Shown here: positions 40,188 to 50,661 of the stretch, piece after piece
How positions within the stretch are numbered: the first letter of the stretch is position 1
How the letters are laid out: each line of letters opens with the position of its first letter
Assembly (NCBI GenBank): GCA_963674745.2
Contig: CAXXDV010000003.1
Span: 2,432,001 to 2,496,000, forward strand
Direction of reading: 5' to 3'
Source: Desulfosudaceae bacterium
Lineage (GTDB): Bacteria > Desulfobacterota > Desulfobacteria > Desulfobacterales > Desulfosudaceae
DNA: 64,000 bases
Notes under the pieces: model-generated
The model's database searches: none
What the model was told of the DNA's origin: nothing
What the model saw: only the letters and a program-made list of their open reading frames with translations
Made by a program: the position numbers and the translations under genes

Positions 40188-41112
40188 CCCGCTGGCCTCC
40201 CAATACCAGATAAAACAACGCCATTCTCACCGCCACACCGTTTTCCACCTGATCCAGGATAACGGAATACTCCCCGTCAGCCACTTCCGGCGCGATTTCC
40301 ACGCCTCTGTTCAACGGACCGGGATGCATGATCAATACATCCGGACGGGCCTTTTTCAACCGTTCTGAAGTCAACCCGAAGGTTCTGGCATACTCACGCA
40401 AAGTGGAAAAAAGAAAACCCGCCTGCCGTTCTTTCTGGATTCTCAACATCATAATGGCATCCGCCTCGGCAATGGCTTCATCTACACTATACGTTACATC
40501 CACACCCAAAGATGAAATCCCGGAAGGCATCATCGTCGGCGGTGCCGCCACAACAACACTGGCCCCCATCTTTTTAAAGCCTTCAATATTCGAACGGGCC
40601 ACCCGGCTCCTGGCGATATCGCCGATAATAGCCAGCCGCAAGCCGCTGATATTTCCCCGTTTTTCCCTGACAGTCATCAGGTCGAGCAGGGCCTGGGTGG
40701 GATGCGCATGCATGCCGTCACCGGCGTTAATCACCGGCACCGCCACATTCCGGGCCAGTAAATAAGGCGCTCCTGCACTGGAATGACGTATAACAATGAT
40801 ATCCGGCGACATGGCCTCCAGGTTTTTAACCGTATCGATCAGGGTTTCGCCCTTGGTCATGCTGCTGCTGCCGGCGGTCAGCGACACCGCGTCGGCACTG
40901 AGGCGCTTGGCGGCGATATCAAATGAAACCTTGGTGCGGGTACTGGGTTCGTAAAAGAAGCTGACCACGGTTTTACCCCGCAGGGTTGGTACTTTTTTCA
41001 CGGCCCGCCTGGATATTTCCTTCATGTTCACGGCAGTATCCAGAATCAGGGAAATATCTTCGCGTGAAAGCGACTCCATATCCAGAATATGTTTTGTCGA
41101 CAACCCCCCCAT
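40174..41112 (-). CDS. pyrB: Aspartate carbamoyltransferase catalytic subunit
   Basis: FYEPSTRT, INAGDG, HPTQALLD, RIQKER, MHPGP. Confidence 0.97.
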   Translation of the reverse strand: MGGLSTKHILDMESLSREDISLILDTAVNMKEISRRAVKKVPTLRGKTVVSFFYEPSTRTKVSFDIAAKRLSADAVSLTAGSSSMTKGETLIDTVKNLEAMSPDIIVIRHSSAGAPYLLARNVAVPVINAGDGMHAHPTQALLDLMTVREKRGNISGLRLAIIGDIARSRVARSNIEGFKKMGASVVVAAPPTMMPSGISSLGVDVTYSVDEAIAEADAIMMLRIQKERQAGFLFSTLREYARTFGLTSERLKKARPDVLIMHPGPLNRGVEIAPEVADGEYSVILDQVENGVAVRMALFYLVLGGQRDGGD

Positions 41113-41122
41113 GACACGCCCC

Positions 41123-41767
41123 CTATCTTACGACATCACCGATTCTCGACCACCGGACGCGGCCGAGCGCTGAAGTCGATTGATCATTCCATGACCAGTA
41201 AATCAAAAACGCTTTTCCCCGGACGGCCTCTACGTCCAGAAAACCCCAAAACCGGCTGTCACTGCTGTTATCCCGGTTATCTCCCATCACAAACAGTTGA
41301 TTGTGCGGCACTTCGATCGGCCCGAACACATCCCTGACGGACTTAATCCGGGAATCTGTATGGATAACATAATCCTCCTCTAAAGGCTGTCCGTTGACAT
41401 AAAGTTTCTTGTTCATTACAGAGATGACGTCCCCGCCGACGCCGATGACCCGTTTGATATAGTCCTTATCGGGCTCATTGGGATACTTAAAAACGATGAC
41501 ATCCCCCCGTCGGGGCATTTTACCGGGCAGAAGGGGGAGCCTGAGAAAAGGAACGTCGAGGCCGTAAGCAAACTTGTTGACCAGAATATGATCCCCGATC
41601 TGAAGTGTGTTCATCATGGACCCGGAGGGGATTTTAAAGGCCTGTACGACAAACGTTCGAATAAACAGTGCCAGCAGCACGGCAATCAGTATGGCCTCCA
41701 CATTTTCCCGCCAGGCACTGACAGCAGGGCCGGCAGAGGCGGCTGTTATCCCCTTGCTTTTTGTCAA
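41123..41767 (-). CDS. lepB: Signal peptidase I
   Basis: IPSGSM, DYIKRVIG, GDNRDNSSDSRFWG. Confidence 0.96.
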   Translation of the reverse strand: MTKSKGITAASAGPAVSAWRENVEAILIAVLLALFIRTFVVQAFKIPSGSMMNTLQIGDHILVNKFAYGLDVPFLRLPLLPGKMPRRGDVIVFKYPNEPDKDYIKRVIGVGGDVISVMNKKLYVNGQPLEEDYVIHTDSRIKSVRDVFGPIEVPHNQLFVMGDNRDNSSDSRFWGFLDVEAVRGKAFLIYWSWNDQSTSALGRVRWSRIGDVVR

Positions 41768-41809
41768 TTTAATACGCCTCCTTCATTTTATCTCCATGGT
41801 CCTTGCGCT

Positions 41810-43192
41810 TTAATCCGTCATGGCCTGCTGTATCAGGTCAAATCTGGCGCTGATATTGTTGTTTATCCATGATGCATCCCACCATTCAATGGGGTTGACG
41901 AAGGTTTCGTTGATGAGCATGCCGAAATGAAGATGGTCGCCACCGGCCAGCCCCGTCATGCCGGAACGACCGATAATGTCCCCTTTTTCCACGACCTGCC
42001 CGTCGGTTACGGCGATATGGCTGAGGTGGGAGTAAAGACTGAACAGCCCCAGCCCATGGTCAATAATAACCGTCCGGCCGTATATGCCGATGCTCCCGGT
42101 AAAGGCGATACGTCCTGCATTGGCGGCCGGTACCGGGGAGTTGGCTGTTGAGGCCAGGTCTACGCCCATATGCACCGCGTGATCAATGACCTTGCCCTTA
42201 TAAACATAACTGCGGCGGTCGGCAAACCCCGCTCTGGGGGCGGCATTGGGGAACCTCATGAATGTCCCCTGCCAGTACTTCCGGTTGTCCGACCGTCGGC
42301 ACAATGATCGAATCGTCTCGTTATTACTGGCGCGCATCTTGCTGTTGATCATCTTGAATTTATCAATCCCCTGCGCGCCCGCCTGGGAAACGTCAAATTC
42401 GGGCATTTTGGCGTTTAAAAATGAATCCGGTATGGTGATGCGGTCCTTGGCAAAGGATTTGGCCTTGATTAAATAATAAAACCCGGCCCGGGCAGTATTG
42501 CCCGCCTGATCGGTAACACTGACCAGCAGACGGGTATCGGCCGGCTGATCATAAGCCACCGCGAAAAACGCCAGGCAGATATTTTTGTCGGCAAACTGGC
42601 CGGCATAACCGGGGAAAAAATGATCACCGACCATGACGCCATGCACCATGTCCGGTTCAAATATCCGGTAAATAACCAGCCCCGCTCCGCCCTGGTTGAT
42701 ATAATGCTGACGGCTCAACACCTCAACTTCGGGTTTTTCGGTATCGATGACCACTTCTCTTTCAAGGTAGGTCCGGTTTCCTTTCAGAAACCCCGTCCAG
42801 GAGTAATCCTGAGCCAGTACCCGCAAGAGGACTTTTCCGTCCGGGACCCCCATCTTCTTCGGCTCCAGGCGGATATCAAACTGCCTGCTTCTAACCGCCT
42901 GCGCCCCGGCCCCGGCACCTGTAAAATCAGCCAGGACATGATCTTTCCCATCGGCCAGCAGGGTTACCGAGACGTTTTTCAGGCCACTTTTCTGATCGGC
43001 GACCCTGACGGAGAATTCCGACAAAACACCCATGGCCGGCGTAAGCCCGTCAAAAACGATTGTCGGGGCCTCTTTCTCCAGCCGGGGAAAACTCCAGACA
43101 GCAACAATGACGACAATCATCAGAATTAAGATCAGCAATATCCTTCCGGTTTTCTTTTTCACTCGTCCTGCCGTCACACGTACCCCCTTCAT
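41810..43192 (-). CDS. M23 family metallopeptidase, membrane-anchored
   Basis: HMGVDLA, YSHLS, GDHLHFG. Confidence 0.9.
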   Translation of the reverse strand: MKGVRVTAGRVKKKTGRILLILILMIVVIVAVWSFPRLEKEAPTIVFDGLTPAMGVLSEFSVRVADQKSGLKNVSVTLLADGKDHVLADFTGAGAGAQAVRSRQFDIRLEPKKMGVPDGKVLLRVLAQDYSWTGFLKGNRTYLEREVVIDTEKPEVEVLSRQHYINQGGAGLVIYRIFEPDMVHGVMVGDHFFPGYAGQFADKNICLAFFAVAYDQPADTRLLVSVTDQAGNTARAGFYYLIKAKSFAKDRITIPDSFLNAKMPEFDVSQAGAQGIDKFKMINSKMRASNNETIRSLCRRSDNRKYWQGTFMRFPNAAPRAGFADRRSYVYKGKVIDHAVHMGVDLASTANSPVPAANAGRIAFTGSIGIYGRTVIIDHGLGLFSLYSHLSHIAVTDGQVVEKGDIIGRSGMTGLAGGDHLHFGMLINETFVNPIEWWDASWINNNISARFDLIQQAMTD

Positions 43193-43265
43193 CGTTAATT
43201 TTGGTCACTTTACCAAGCAAAATCTTCATATTCAAGGTTAAAATGTCCGACCCGGCTATCCTGAT

Positions 43266-43330
43266 CCGGATATTTCAGTCGATGATTCAGGCCCGGAGGC
43301 TGAAATATCCGGGCGAACCCGGTTATTTCA
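43266..43330. repeat. Short inverted-repeat element sharing the CCGGATATTTCA end of the 57391 element
   Basis: CCGGATATTTCAG (43266-43278) pairs with CTGAAATATCCGG (43300-43312); a further copy AACCCGGTTATTTCA follows. Confidence 0.7.
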
Positions 43331-43443
43331 CGAAAAGAGGTTTGCTTGACATTACCCGCCAGCCACGCTAGTAATAGTTCACGGCCAATATCGACTTTAA
43401 GGACATAAACACATAACGACTGAATCACCTGACCGGAATCTTC

Positions 43444-44265
43444 ATGACGGAAAAAATTTCAATAGGCGATATCTGTATCGGTAACAGCGCCCCGCTGATG
43501 CTCATTGCCGGGCCCTGCGTCATCGAGAATTACGATGCTGCTTTTCAGATCGCAGACTATTTAAAAACCGAAACCGATCGTTTAAACATTCCTTTTGTCT
43601 TCAAGGCCTCCTGCGACAAAGCCAATCGGACGTCAATCCATTCCTATCGTGGTCCGGGTATGGACAGCGGGCTGACCATCTTGAGAAAAATTAAAGAGGC
43701 ACTTGAGGTCCCCGTTATTTCCGATGTTCATCTCCCGGAACAGATTGATGCCGCCGCAGATGTACTTGATATCATCCAAATCCCGGCCTTCCTCTGCCGT
43801 CAAACGGATTTTATTGTTAAATCAGCCGCTTCTGGTCGGGCATTAAACATCAAAAAGGGCCAGTTTCTGGCGCCCTGGGACGTAAAAAACATTGTTGAAA
43901 AAGCAGCCTCGGCCGGCAACAGCCGAATCCTGATTACCGAACGGGGTTCCGTCTTCGGATATAACAACCTGGTGGTCGACTTCCGGGGAATTGCCATTAT
44001 GCAGAAAGAAACCGGGAAACCGGTGATCTTCGATGCCACCCACAGCGTCCAGCTGCCAGGCGGTGGCGGCAACCGTTCCGCAGGGCAACGCGACTTCGCG
44101 CCGATTCTGGCCCGGGCGGCTGTTGCCGCCGGAGCGGACGGTATTTTTATGGAAGTCCACCCGAACCCGGACAAAGCGCTGTGCGACGGACCGAACTCGC
44201 TCTACCTTGATTCCGTGCCAGACATTTTGAAAACCCTTTTGGCCATTCGGGCCGCCATACAGTAG
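43444..44265 (+). CDS. kdsA: KDO-8-phosphate synthase
   Basis: AGPCVIE, DKANRTS, QIPAFLCRQTD, KKGQFLAP, FDATHSVQ. Confidence 0.97.
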   Translation: MTEKISIGDICIGNSAPLMLIAGPCVIENYDAAFQIADYLKTETDRLNIPFVFKASCDKANRTSIHSYRGPGMDSGLTILRKIKEALEVPVISDVHLPEQIDAAADVLDIIQIPAFLCRQTDFIVKSAASGRALNIKKGQFLAPWDVKNIVEKAASAGNSRILITERGSVFGYNNLVVDFRGIAIMQKETGKPVIFDATHSVQLPGGGGNRSAGQRDFAPILARAAVAAGADGIFMEVHPNPDKALCDGPNSLYLDSVPDILKTLLAIRAAIQ

Positions 44266-44273
44266 ATATCCTT

Positions 44274-44801
44274 ATGACATCAAACCACCAGCCCCTCTTG
44301 ACCGACATCAGGCTCCTGCTGCTTGATGTTGATGGCGTCCTCACGGACGGCCGCATCACTTACACCGGAACGGATCAGGAGGCCAAGTCTTTTTGCGTTA
44401 AAGACGGCCTGGGCATTAAAATGCTGATCAACTCCGGTATCCAGGTCGCGATTGTAACCGGGAGGTCTTCCGAGGCGCTTCTAAGGCGTTGCCGGGAACT
44501 GGGCATTGACCTCGTCTATGACGGCGTCAGGGACAAGGGTGTCCTGCTGGATCAGATTTTGGCTGAAACAGGGGTTGCGTCGCCGCGGGAGGTGGCCTTT
44601 ATGGGCGACGATCTGCCGGATATTCCACTACTGAAAAAGATCGGCCTACCGATAGCGGTGGCCGACGCCCATCCGGAAGTGAAAAATGCGGCTGAATTAA
44701 TTACATCTGCCGAAGGCGGTCGTGGTGCCGTCAGAGAAGTCTGCGAAAAGATGCTTCACGCTCAGGATCTCTGGCGCCGGGCAACAGCTGCTTTTCTGTG
44801 A
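44274..44801 (+). CDS. kdsC: KDO-8-phosphate phosphatase
   Basis: LDVDGVLTDG, KDGLG, MGDDLPD, GGRGAVRE. Confidence 0.95.
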   Translation: MTSNHQPLLTDIRLLLLDVDGVLTDGRITYTGTDQEAKSFCVKDGLGIKMLINSGIQVAIVTGRSSEALLRRCRELGIDLVYDGVRDKGVLLDQILAETGVASPREVAFMGDDLPDIPLLKKIGLPIAVADAHPEVKNAAELITSAEGGRGAVREVCEKMLHAQDLWRRATAAFL

Positions 44802-44814
44802 GGTTTTTTCGTTG

Positions 44815-45378
44815 ATGACGCCTCGTAAACGCCTCCTTATTCCGGTCCTGCTGACGCTGTCAGCACTGAGTTTTTTTGCCTTTCTGGGCGGAAACGATCA
44901 CCATCAACAGGCCGATCCTGAAGTCGAAGCCGTTCGAACCGCCCCTGACATATCCCTTGAAGACATTAAAGAGACCTATATCGAAAAGGGCGAAAAAAAA
45001 TGGGTGCTGAAAGCGACTTCCGCCTGTTTATCCCGCAGCAGCGACCAGACCCGGGTCAGTGATATTGACATCTCCTTCTTCACTGCCGACGGCCGTTCTT
45101 TCCGGGTTACCGCCGATCGCGGACTGCTGTCGATGAACACGCGCAATGCGGAAGTTTCCGGAAATGTCATTATCCATCATCCGGTCTATAAAATGTATAC
45201 AGAGTCATTGCGTTATCGTGCCGAAAACCATATAATAATAAGTAATGAACCGGTCAGGATAGAAAGCGACTGGCTCCGGCTTGAGGGCGACCGCTTGCGG
45301 TTTGATCTAAATACAATGAAGGCCGAGCTGACCGGAAAGGTGGACGGTTTAATTAACGAAAAACTCACCCGGCATTGA
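44815..45378 (+). CDS. lptC: LPS export protein LptC
   Basis: N-terminal TM, W.L.A beta-jellyroll pattern, position between kdsC and lptA. Confidence 0.85.
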   Translation: MTPRKRLLIPVLLTLSALSFFAFLGGNDHHQQADPEVEAVRTAPDISLEDIKETYIEKGEKKWVLKATSACLSRSSDQTRVSDIDISFFTADGRSFRVTADRGLLSMNTRNAEVSGNVIIHHPVYKMYTESLRYRAENHIIISNEPVRIESDWLRLEGDRLRFDLNTMKAELTGKVDGLINEKLTRH

Positions 45379-45386
45379 TCCTGTTT

Positions 45387-45962
45387 ATGACGAATTCCAG
45401 AACGAATCTCACTTTCTCCTGGCGATCCACGGTCCGCACCCTGCTGTGGCTCCTGATAACGGCAGCGTTTTTTCCTATCATTCCGGTGACGGCGGCCGAA
45501 TTGGCAACTGCCGTAAATGATGTCGGCACGATTCACATCAGCGCCGATACGCTGACCGTTCCCGGAGGAGAGCAAAAGCAGGCGGTTTTCAGCGGCAATG
45601 TCCGCGCTGTGGGTGATCGGTTTGAAATTACCGCCGACCAGTTGAAAATCTTTTATCAACCGGCGTCAGATACAGCCGGTGATGCGCTTAACACCGGAAA
45701 CGCTTTAGAGAGAATTATCGCCACCGGCAATGTCGTGATTACTGCCGGAGAAAAAATTGCAAAGACACAAGAGGCTGTGTATGATAAAGAGCATCAGACA
45801 ATAACTTTAACCGGTGAACACTCGGTGGTTCAACAGAACAACAGCTATATTTCCGGTGCAAAAATTATTATGCACACGGATAGTGAAGCTGTCAGGGTGG
45901 AAAGCGACAGCGGCAAAAGGGTGAAAGCGTTTATCGAAGCGAGGGAAGTCAAAAACCAATAA
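45387..45962 (+). CDS. lptA: LPS transport periplasmic protein LptA
   Basis: IHISAD, FSGNV, ITAD, ATGNV; synteny. Confidence 0.88.
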   Translation: MTNSRTNLTFSWRSTVRTLLWLLITAAFFPIIPVTAAELATAVNDVGTIHISADTLTVPGGEQKQAVFSGNVRAVGDRFEITADQLKIFYQPASDTAGDALNTGNALERIIATGNVVITAGEKIAKTQEAVYDKEHQTITLTGEHSVVQQNNSYISGAKIIMHTDSEAVRVESDSGKRVKAFIEAREVKNQ

Positions 45963-45981
45963 CTGCCCGGATATATCTGAA

Positions 45982-46704
45982 ATGACAGTATTTTCCTTGC
46001 ACGATCTACATAAAAATTATAACGGCAGGGCCGTGGTTGACGCGGTCAGCCTGGAACTGGCCAGCCATGAAGTCGTCGGCCTGCTGGGGCCCAACGGTGC
46101 CGGGAAAACCACGACTTTTTACATTTCCATCGGTATGATTCACGCGGACAGCGGCCGAATTCTGATCGATGAAAATGATATTACAGACATGCCCATGCAT
46201 TTACGGGCGCGCAAGGGGATCGGTTATCTGCCGCAGGAGGCCTCGGTATTTAAAAAGCTTTCGGTAGAGCAGAACATAAAAATCGTTCTTGAGTGCCTGA
46301 ACCACTCAAAAGCGGAACAAAACCGGCGAACCGATATGATTCTGGAAGAGATGGGTATCCATCATCTGGCCCGCCAACGGGCGAGCCAGCTCTCCGGAGG
46401 TGAAAGAAGACGGCTGGAAATCTCCAGGGTACTGGCCATCGATCCCGCTTTTATCCTGCTGGATGAGCCTTTTGCCGGTATCGATCCCCTGGCCATCGCC
46501 GACATTCAGAATATTATCTGTCACCTGACTGAACGAAAAATCGGTGTCATGATTTCCGACCACAATGTCAGAGAAACACTTGGCGTATGTGACCGGGCTT
46601 ATATTTTAAATAATGGAAAGGTCATTGAATCCGGAACACCGGAAGAAATCGCCGCCAGCGAAACAGCGCGGCGGATTTATCTGGGTTATGAATTCAAACT
46701 GTAA
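45982..46704 (+). CDS. lptB: LPS export ABC ATPase
   Basis: GPNGAGKTT, YLPQEASVF, LSGGERRR, DEPFAGIDP, DHNVRETL. Confidence 0.97.
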   Translation: MTVFSLHDLHKNYNGRAVVDAVSLELASHEVVGLLGPNGAGKTTTFYISIGMIHADSGRILIDENDITDMPMHLRARKGIGYLPQEASVFKKLSVEQNIKIVLECLNHSKAEQNRRTDMILEEMGIHHLARQRASQLSGGERRRLEISRVLAIDPAFILLDEPFAGIDPLAIADIQNIICHLTERKIGVMISDHNVRETLGVCDRAYILNNGKVIESGTPEEIAASETARRIYLGYEFKL

Positions 46705-46715
46705 ATTTATAGAAG

Positions 46716-48146
46716 ATGGTACTTGATTTAAGACAACGACTGAAGTTAACCCAGCAGCTGGTGATGACACCACAGTTGCAGATGGCTATCCGTCTTTTGC
46801 AATTGAACCGGCTGGAACTGGTTGACGCCATTCAACAGGAACTGGCTGAAAATCCGGCCCTGGAAGAGGTGGTCGAGACCGATGCTGAAGAGAATGCCCA
46901 GGCCACAGCAGAGACCACCGTGGAATCCAACCCCGAAAAAGAGGTCTCAATAGAAGAAAAGATATCGGACCAGGTGGAATGGGAAAATTATTTAAATGAA
47001 TACAACTCGTACGGCGGGGTCCATTTCGAGTCCGAAGAAAAAGAACGTCTCCAGTTTGAATCCTTTACCGCCTCCCCCAAAACACTGAAAGACCATCTCC
47101 TGTGGCAGTTCCTGATGACATTGCCCGAGGAGGGAGAAGAACGCATCGCCAGCCTTATCATCGGCAATATTAATGATGATGGTTATCTCGAGTCGGATAT
47201 TGACGAAATCGCACGTGCCGCCTTGACGACTTCTGAGCGCGTCAGCGAAGTACTGTCGGTGATCAAAACATTCGACCCGCCCGGTGTCGGTGCGGAAACC
47301 CTGGCCGAATGTCTCCTGACCCAGTTAATTCATCTGGGCATAAACGACCCCGTCATCCGAAAAATTATCACGCATCACATCAAAGACCTGGAAAACAAAA
47401 ATTACAAAGCCATCACCAGGGCACTGAAGATCAGAATGGAAGACCTGCTTACCGCCATCAACATCATTAAGCGACTTGAACCGAAACCGGGTCGGCAGTT
47501 CAAGCAGGAGGAGCCCAGATATATCATTCCGGACATCTATGTCTATAAGTTTGAAGATGAGTTTATCATTATGCTCAATGATGATGATCTGCCCAGGCTG
47601 AATATCAACCCCTATTATCGTAAGGCCGTCCGCCGGAACTCGGGAACGCCCCGGGAAACAAAAGAGTATCTGCGGGAAAGAATACGGTCCGCTTCATGGC
47701 TGATCAAAAGTATCCAGCAACGTCGAAAGACAATCTATAACGTCATGCAAAGCATTTTAAAATTCCAGTTCGATTTTTTTGAACACGGCATCACCCATTT
47801 AAAGCCCATGATTCTTCGCGACGTTGCCGAGGATATCGGCATGCATGAATCAACCATCAGCCGGGTAACCACCAACAAATACGCTCATACCCCCCAGGGC
47901 GTGTTTGAATTAAAGTATTTCTTCAACAGTTCGATCAACCGGGTTGACGGGGAATCCATGGCATCCGCCAGTGTCCAGGATGCCATCAGGCAGATCATAA
48001 AAACCGAAAACCAGAAAAAGCCTTACAGCGATGATAAAATCGCCAAAATGCTGAAGGAGGCCAATATCGACATTGCACGACGAACAGTAACCAAGTACCG
48101 GGAGGCTCTGGGTATTCTACCGTCAACCAAACGCAAACAATATTAG
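46716..48146 (+). CDS. rpoN: RNA polymerase sigma-54 factor
   Basis: MTPQLQMAI, HESTISR, RpoN box IARRTVTKYRE. Confidence 0.98.
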   Translation: MVLDLRQRLKLTQQLVMTPQLQMAIRLLQLNRLELVDAIQQELAENPALEEVVETDAEENAQATAETTVESNPEKEVSIEEKISDQVEWENYLNEYNSYGGVHFESEEKERLQFESFTASPKTLKDHLLWQFLMTLPEEGEERIASLIIGNINDDGYLESDIDEIARAALTTSERVSEVLSVIKTFDPPGVGAETLAECLLTQLIHLGINDPVIRKIITHHIKDLENKNYKAITRALKIRMEDLLTAINIIKRLEPKPGRQFKQEEPRYIIPDIYVYKFEDEFIIMLNDDDLPRLNINPYYRKAVRRNSGTPRETKEYLRERIRSASWLIKSIQQRRKTIYNVMQSILKFQFDFFEHGITHLKPMILRDVAEDIGMHESTISRVTTNKYAHTPQGVFELKYFFNSSINRVDGESMASASVQDAIRQIIKTENQKKPYSDDKIAKMLKEANIDIARRTVTKYREALGILPSTKRKQY

Positions 48147-48155
48147 GAGGTTTCT

Positions 48156-48482
48156 ATGCAGGTATCTGTAACATTCAAAAATATCGATTCCTCAGATCAT
48201 CTGAAAGCCTTTGTCCAGGAAAAACTGACAAAATTTGACAAATTCTTTGACGGCCCGGCGGAAGCCAACATCATTCTCTCTGTGGAAAAGTTCAGAAACA
48301 TCGTGGAGGTCACCCTTTCCGGTGACCGACTGGTCATAAACGGCAAGGAAGAAACCGAAGACATGTATTCCGCCATCGACCTGGTTGTGGATAAACTTGA
48401 AAAACAGATCAAGAAGAATAAACAGAAAATAAAAAACCATCACCGGGCCAGTTCCAGGCGGAGCCCCAAAAGCGCGGAATAA
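48156..48482 (+). CDS. hpf: Ribosome hibernation promoting factor (short form)
   Basis: EDMYSAIDLVVDKLEKQ; directly after rpoN. Confidence 0.92.
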   Translation: MQVSVTFKNIDSSDHLKAFVQEKLTKFDKFFDGPAEANIILSVEKFRNIVEVTLSGDRLVINGKEETEDMYSAIDLVVDKLEKQIKKNKQKIKNHHRASSRRSPKSAE

Positions 48483-48498
48483 GAACGCAACGGATAAT

Positions 48499-48661
48499 GT
48501 GATTAGGTGGTTAGGTGGTTAAGTGATTATGTATCAAACACGGTATGTTCTGATGTGATTAACCATGACCAGCCTGCAGGGCAAGGTTTATATCTTTCAC
48601 GAAAAAAATACATAATAAAGCTTAAACACATAACCACTTAAACACTTAATCACATAATCAC
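48499..48661. repeat. Inverted pair of GTG(A/G)TTA(A/T/G) octamer arrays
   Basis: Four forward units at 48499-48530 and five reverse-complement units at 48622-48661. Same unit as the 9769 array and the reverse units at 14630-14653. Confidence 0.88.
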
Positions 48662-48827
48662 CTTTTCTTCCTTCGATGACGGATGCTTCCGGGATCCAAT
48701 CGCCGCTTAAAGCATCCGGGCAACCCGATTTTTTATCCCCCATTTGACATCCTCCGATAAGTAACGTATCTTCTTGCCCCATGAATCTTTTATTACACGT
48801 GCGACACTGATATTTAAGGCGAAAAAA

Positions 48828-49286
48828 ATGAAACTACTTGATGTATTAAGAAAAGAAGCCATAATTTTAGGCCTCGAAGCCACAGATAAAAAAAGCGTGC
48901 TCGAAGAACTGACCATACCGGCCGCCGCTATTTCAAAAGTCGAGCACAGCCAGCTGGTACGGATGCTGATGGAGAGAGAGCGGCTCGGGACAACCGGCAT
49001 CGGCGGCGGCATCGCCATACCTCACGGCAAACTGAAAAGCCTGCCTTCAGAGATACTGTGCATGGGTATCAGCCAGAAAGGGGTTTCATTTGAAGCCATG
49101 GACGGAAAACCCGTCCATATCTTTTTTCTGCTGTTCACACCCGAAGGTGCCACTGAGCTCCACCTGATGCTGCTTTCACGCATATCGAAACTGTTGAAAA
49201 ATGGTATTTTCAAACAGCGGCTCCTGGACGCCCCCAATGCCGATACCATCCTGGATATTATTGAAGAATTTGATGAAGACGGTTAA
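48828..49286 (+). CDS. ptsN: PTS EIIA (nitrogen-regulatory type)
   Basis: ERERLGTTGIGGGIAIPHG, DGKPV. Confidence 0.93.
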   Translation: MKLLDVLRKEAIILGLEATDKKSVLEELTIPAAAISKVEHSQLVRMLMERERLGTTGIGGGIAIPHGKLKSLPSEILCMGISQKGVSFEAMDGKPVHIFFLLFTPEGATELHLMLLSRISKLLKNGIFKQRLLDAPNADTILDIIEEFDEDG

Positions 49287-49349
49287 TCCGGTGATGTAAC
49301 AGCCGCTTTTTTGAACCCGAAAAAACAAAAAAACTACACTGAGCAGCAG

Positions 49350-50216
49350 ATGCAACACCTTGACATAAAAATCATCAGCGGCCTCTCTGGTTCGGGGAAA
49401 AGCACGGTGCTTGACGCGTTTGAAGACGCAGGTTTTTATTGTGTAGACAACATGCCGGTTACCCTCCTGCCGAAATTCCTTGAAATGCCTGTGGAAACAA
49501 CCGGCGGCGTATCCGGCCTGGCATTCGTCATGGATTTGCGGGAAAAGGATTTTCTTTCCGCCTGTCCGACGGTGTTTGAAGGGCTCAAGCAAAAACACTA
49601 TCAACTTGAAATCCTTTTTCTGGAAGCCGATGAAAAGGTCATCATCCAGCGTTACAGCCAGACCCGGCGGCACCATCCTTTGGCCAGGGATAAAGGCCTG
49701 GTAGACGCTATCAGAGAAGAACGCGTGCAACTGGACGGGCTCAGGCAGTCTGCCGACCGCATCATTGACACTTCCAGGCTGACGATTCACGATCTTAAAT
49801 CCTACATTTTCAAGACACTGCAAAAAAGCGAGTCCCGCCTGTCCATGCGGATACAGGTGCTCTCCTTTGGCTTTAAATACGGCGTACCCCACGATGCCGA
49901 TATGATCATGGACGTCAGATTCCTGCCCAACCCGTACTTTGACCCTGAATTGAAAAATCTTGACGGAAAATCACAAAAAGTCGATAATTATGTTTTAAAT
50001 AACAATACCGGTAAAGCGTTTATTACCCGTTTCCTGGAGATGGTCGACTTTTTATTGCCATTATACCGGGAGGAGCCAAAAGCATATTTAACCATCGCAA
50101 TCGGTTGTACCGGCGGCCTGCACAGAAGCGTCGCCGTCGCTGAAGCGGTTTATAAACATTTACATCAACAGGGGCAACCGGTCGAAATAACACACAGAAA
50201 TATTCGGCTGAGATAA
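49350..50216 (+). CDS. rapZ: RNase adapter RapZ / YvcJ-family P-loop protein
   Basis: GLSGSGKS, SFGFKYG, DVRFLPNP, IGCTGG.HRSV. Confidence 0.95.
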   Translation: MQHLDIKIISGLSGSGKSTVLDAFEDAGFYCVDNMPVTLLPKFLEMPVETTGGVSGLAFVMDLREKDFLSACPTVFEGLKQKHYQLEILFLEADEKVIIQRYSQTRRHHPLARDKGLVDAIREERVQLDGLRQSADRIIDTSRLTIHDLKSYIFKTLQKSESRLSMRIQVLSFGFKYGVPHDADMIMDVRFLPNPYFDPELKNLDGKSQKVDNYVLNNNTGKAFITRFLEMVDFLLPLYREEPKAYLTIAIGCTGGLHRSVAVAEAVYKHLHQQGQPVEITHRNIRLR

Positions 50217-50247
50217 TTTTAAAGATTCAATTTTCTGGGCAAACCAT

Positions 50248-50661
50248 ATGACAGGCATTCTAATCGTCACCCACCAGCGTCTCGGAGAAGCACTGATCGA
50301 AGCGGCCGAATTTGTACTGGGGTTTACCCCGGAAGGTGTCACCGCCGTTTCCATTGATCTGAACGAACCGGCTGAAACACTCAGGAAAAAGATAGAAAAC
50401 GGAATCAAAACCGTCAAGGGCCAAAACGGTGTCCTGATCCTGACCGATATGTTCGGCGGATCACCTTCCAACCTGAGCTATTCTTTTTTGGAAGAAGGCC
50501 GGGTGGAAGTCCTGTCCGGTGTTAATCTGCCCATCCTGCTAAAAGCCATCAGGGCCAGGCAGGATATCGTATTAAGCGAGTTAATCAAAGAAGTGGAAGT
50601 TTTCGGCAAAAAAAGCATATCCATAGCCAGCAGTATCTTAAAAGGGAATAAGCGTGCCTGA
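50248..50661 (+). CDS. PTS EIIA, mannose/fructose family
   Basis: GILIVTH, LTDMFGGSPSN, GVNLP. Confidence 0.92.
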   Translation: MTGILIVTHQRLGEALIEAAEFVLGFTPEGVTAVSIDLNEPAETLRKKIENGIKTVKGQNGVLILTDMFGGSPSNLSYSFLEEGRVEVLSGVNLPILLKAIRARQDIVLSELIKEVEVFGKKSISIASSILKGNKRA

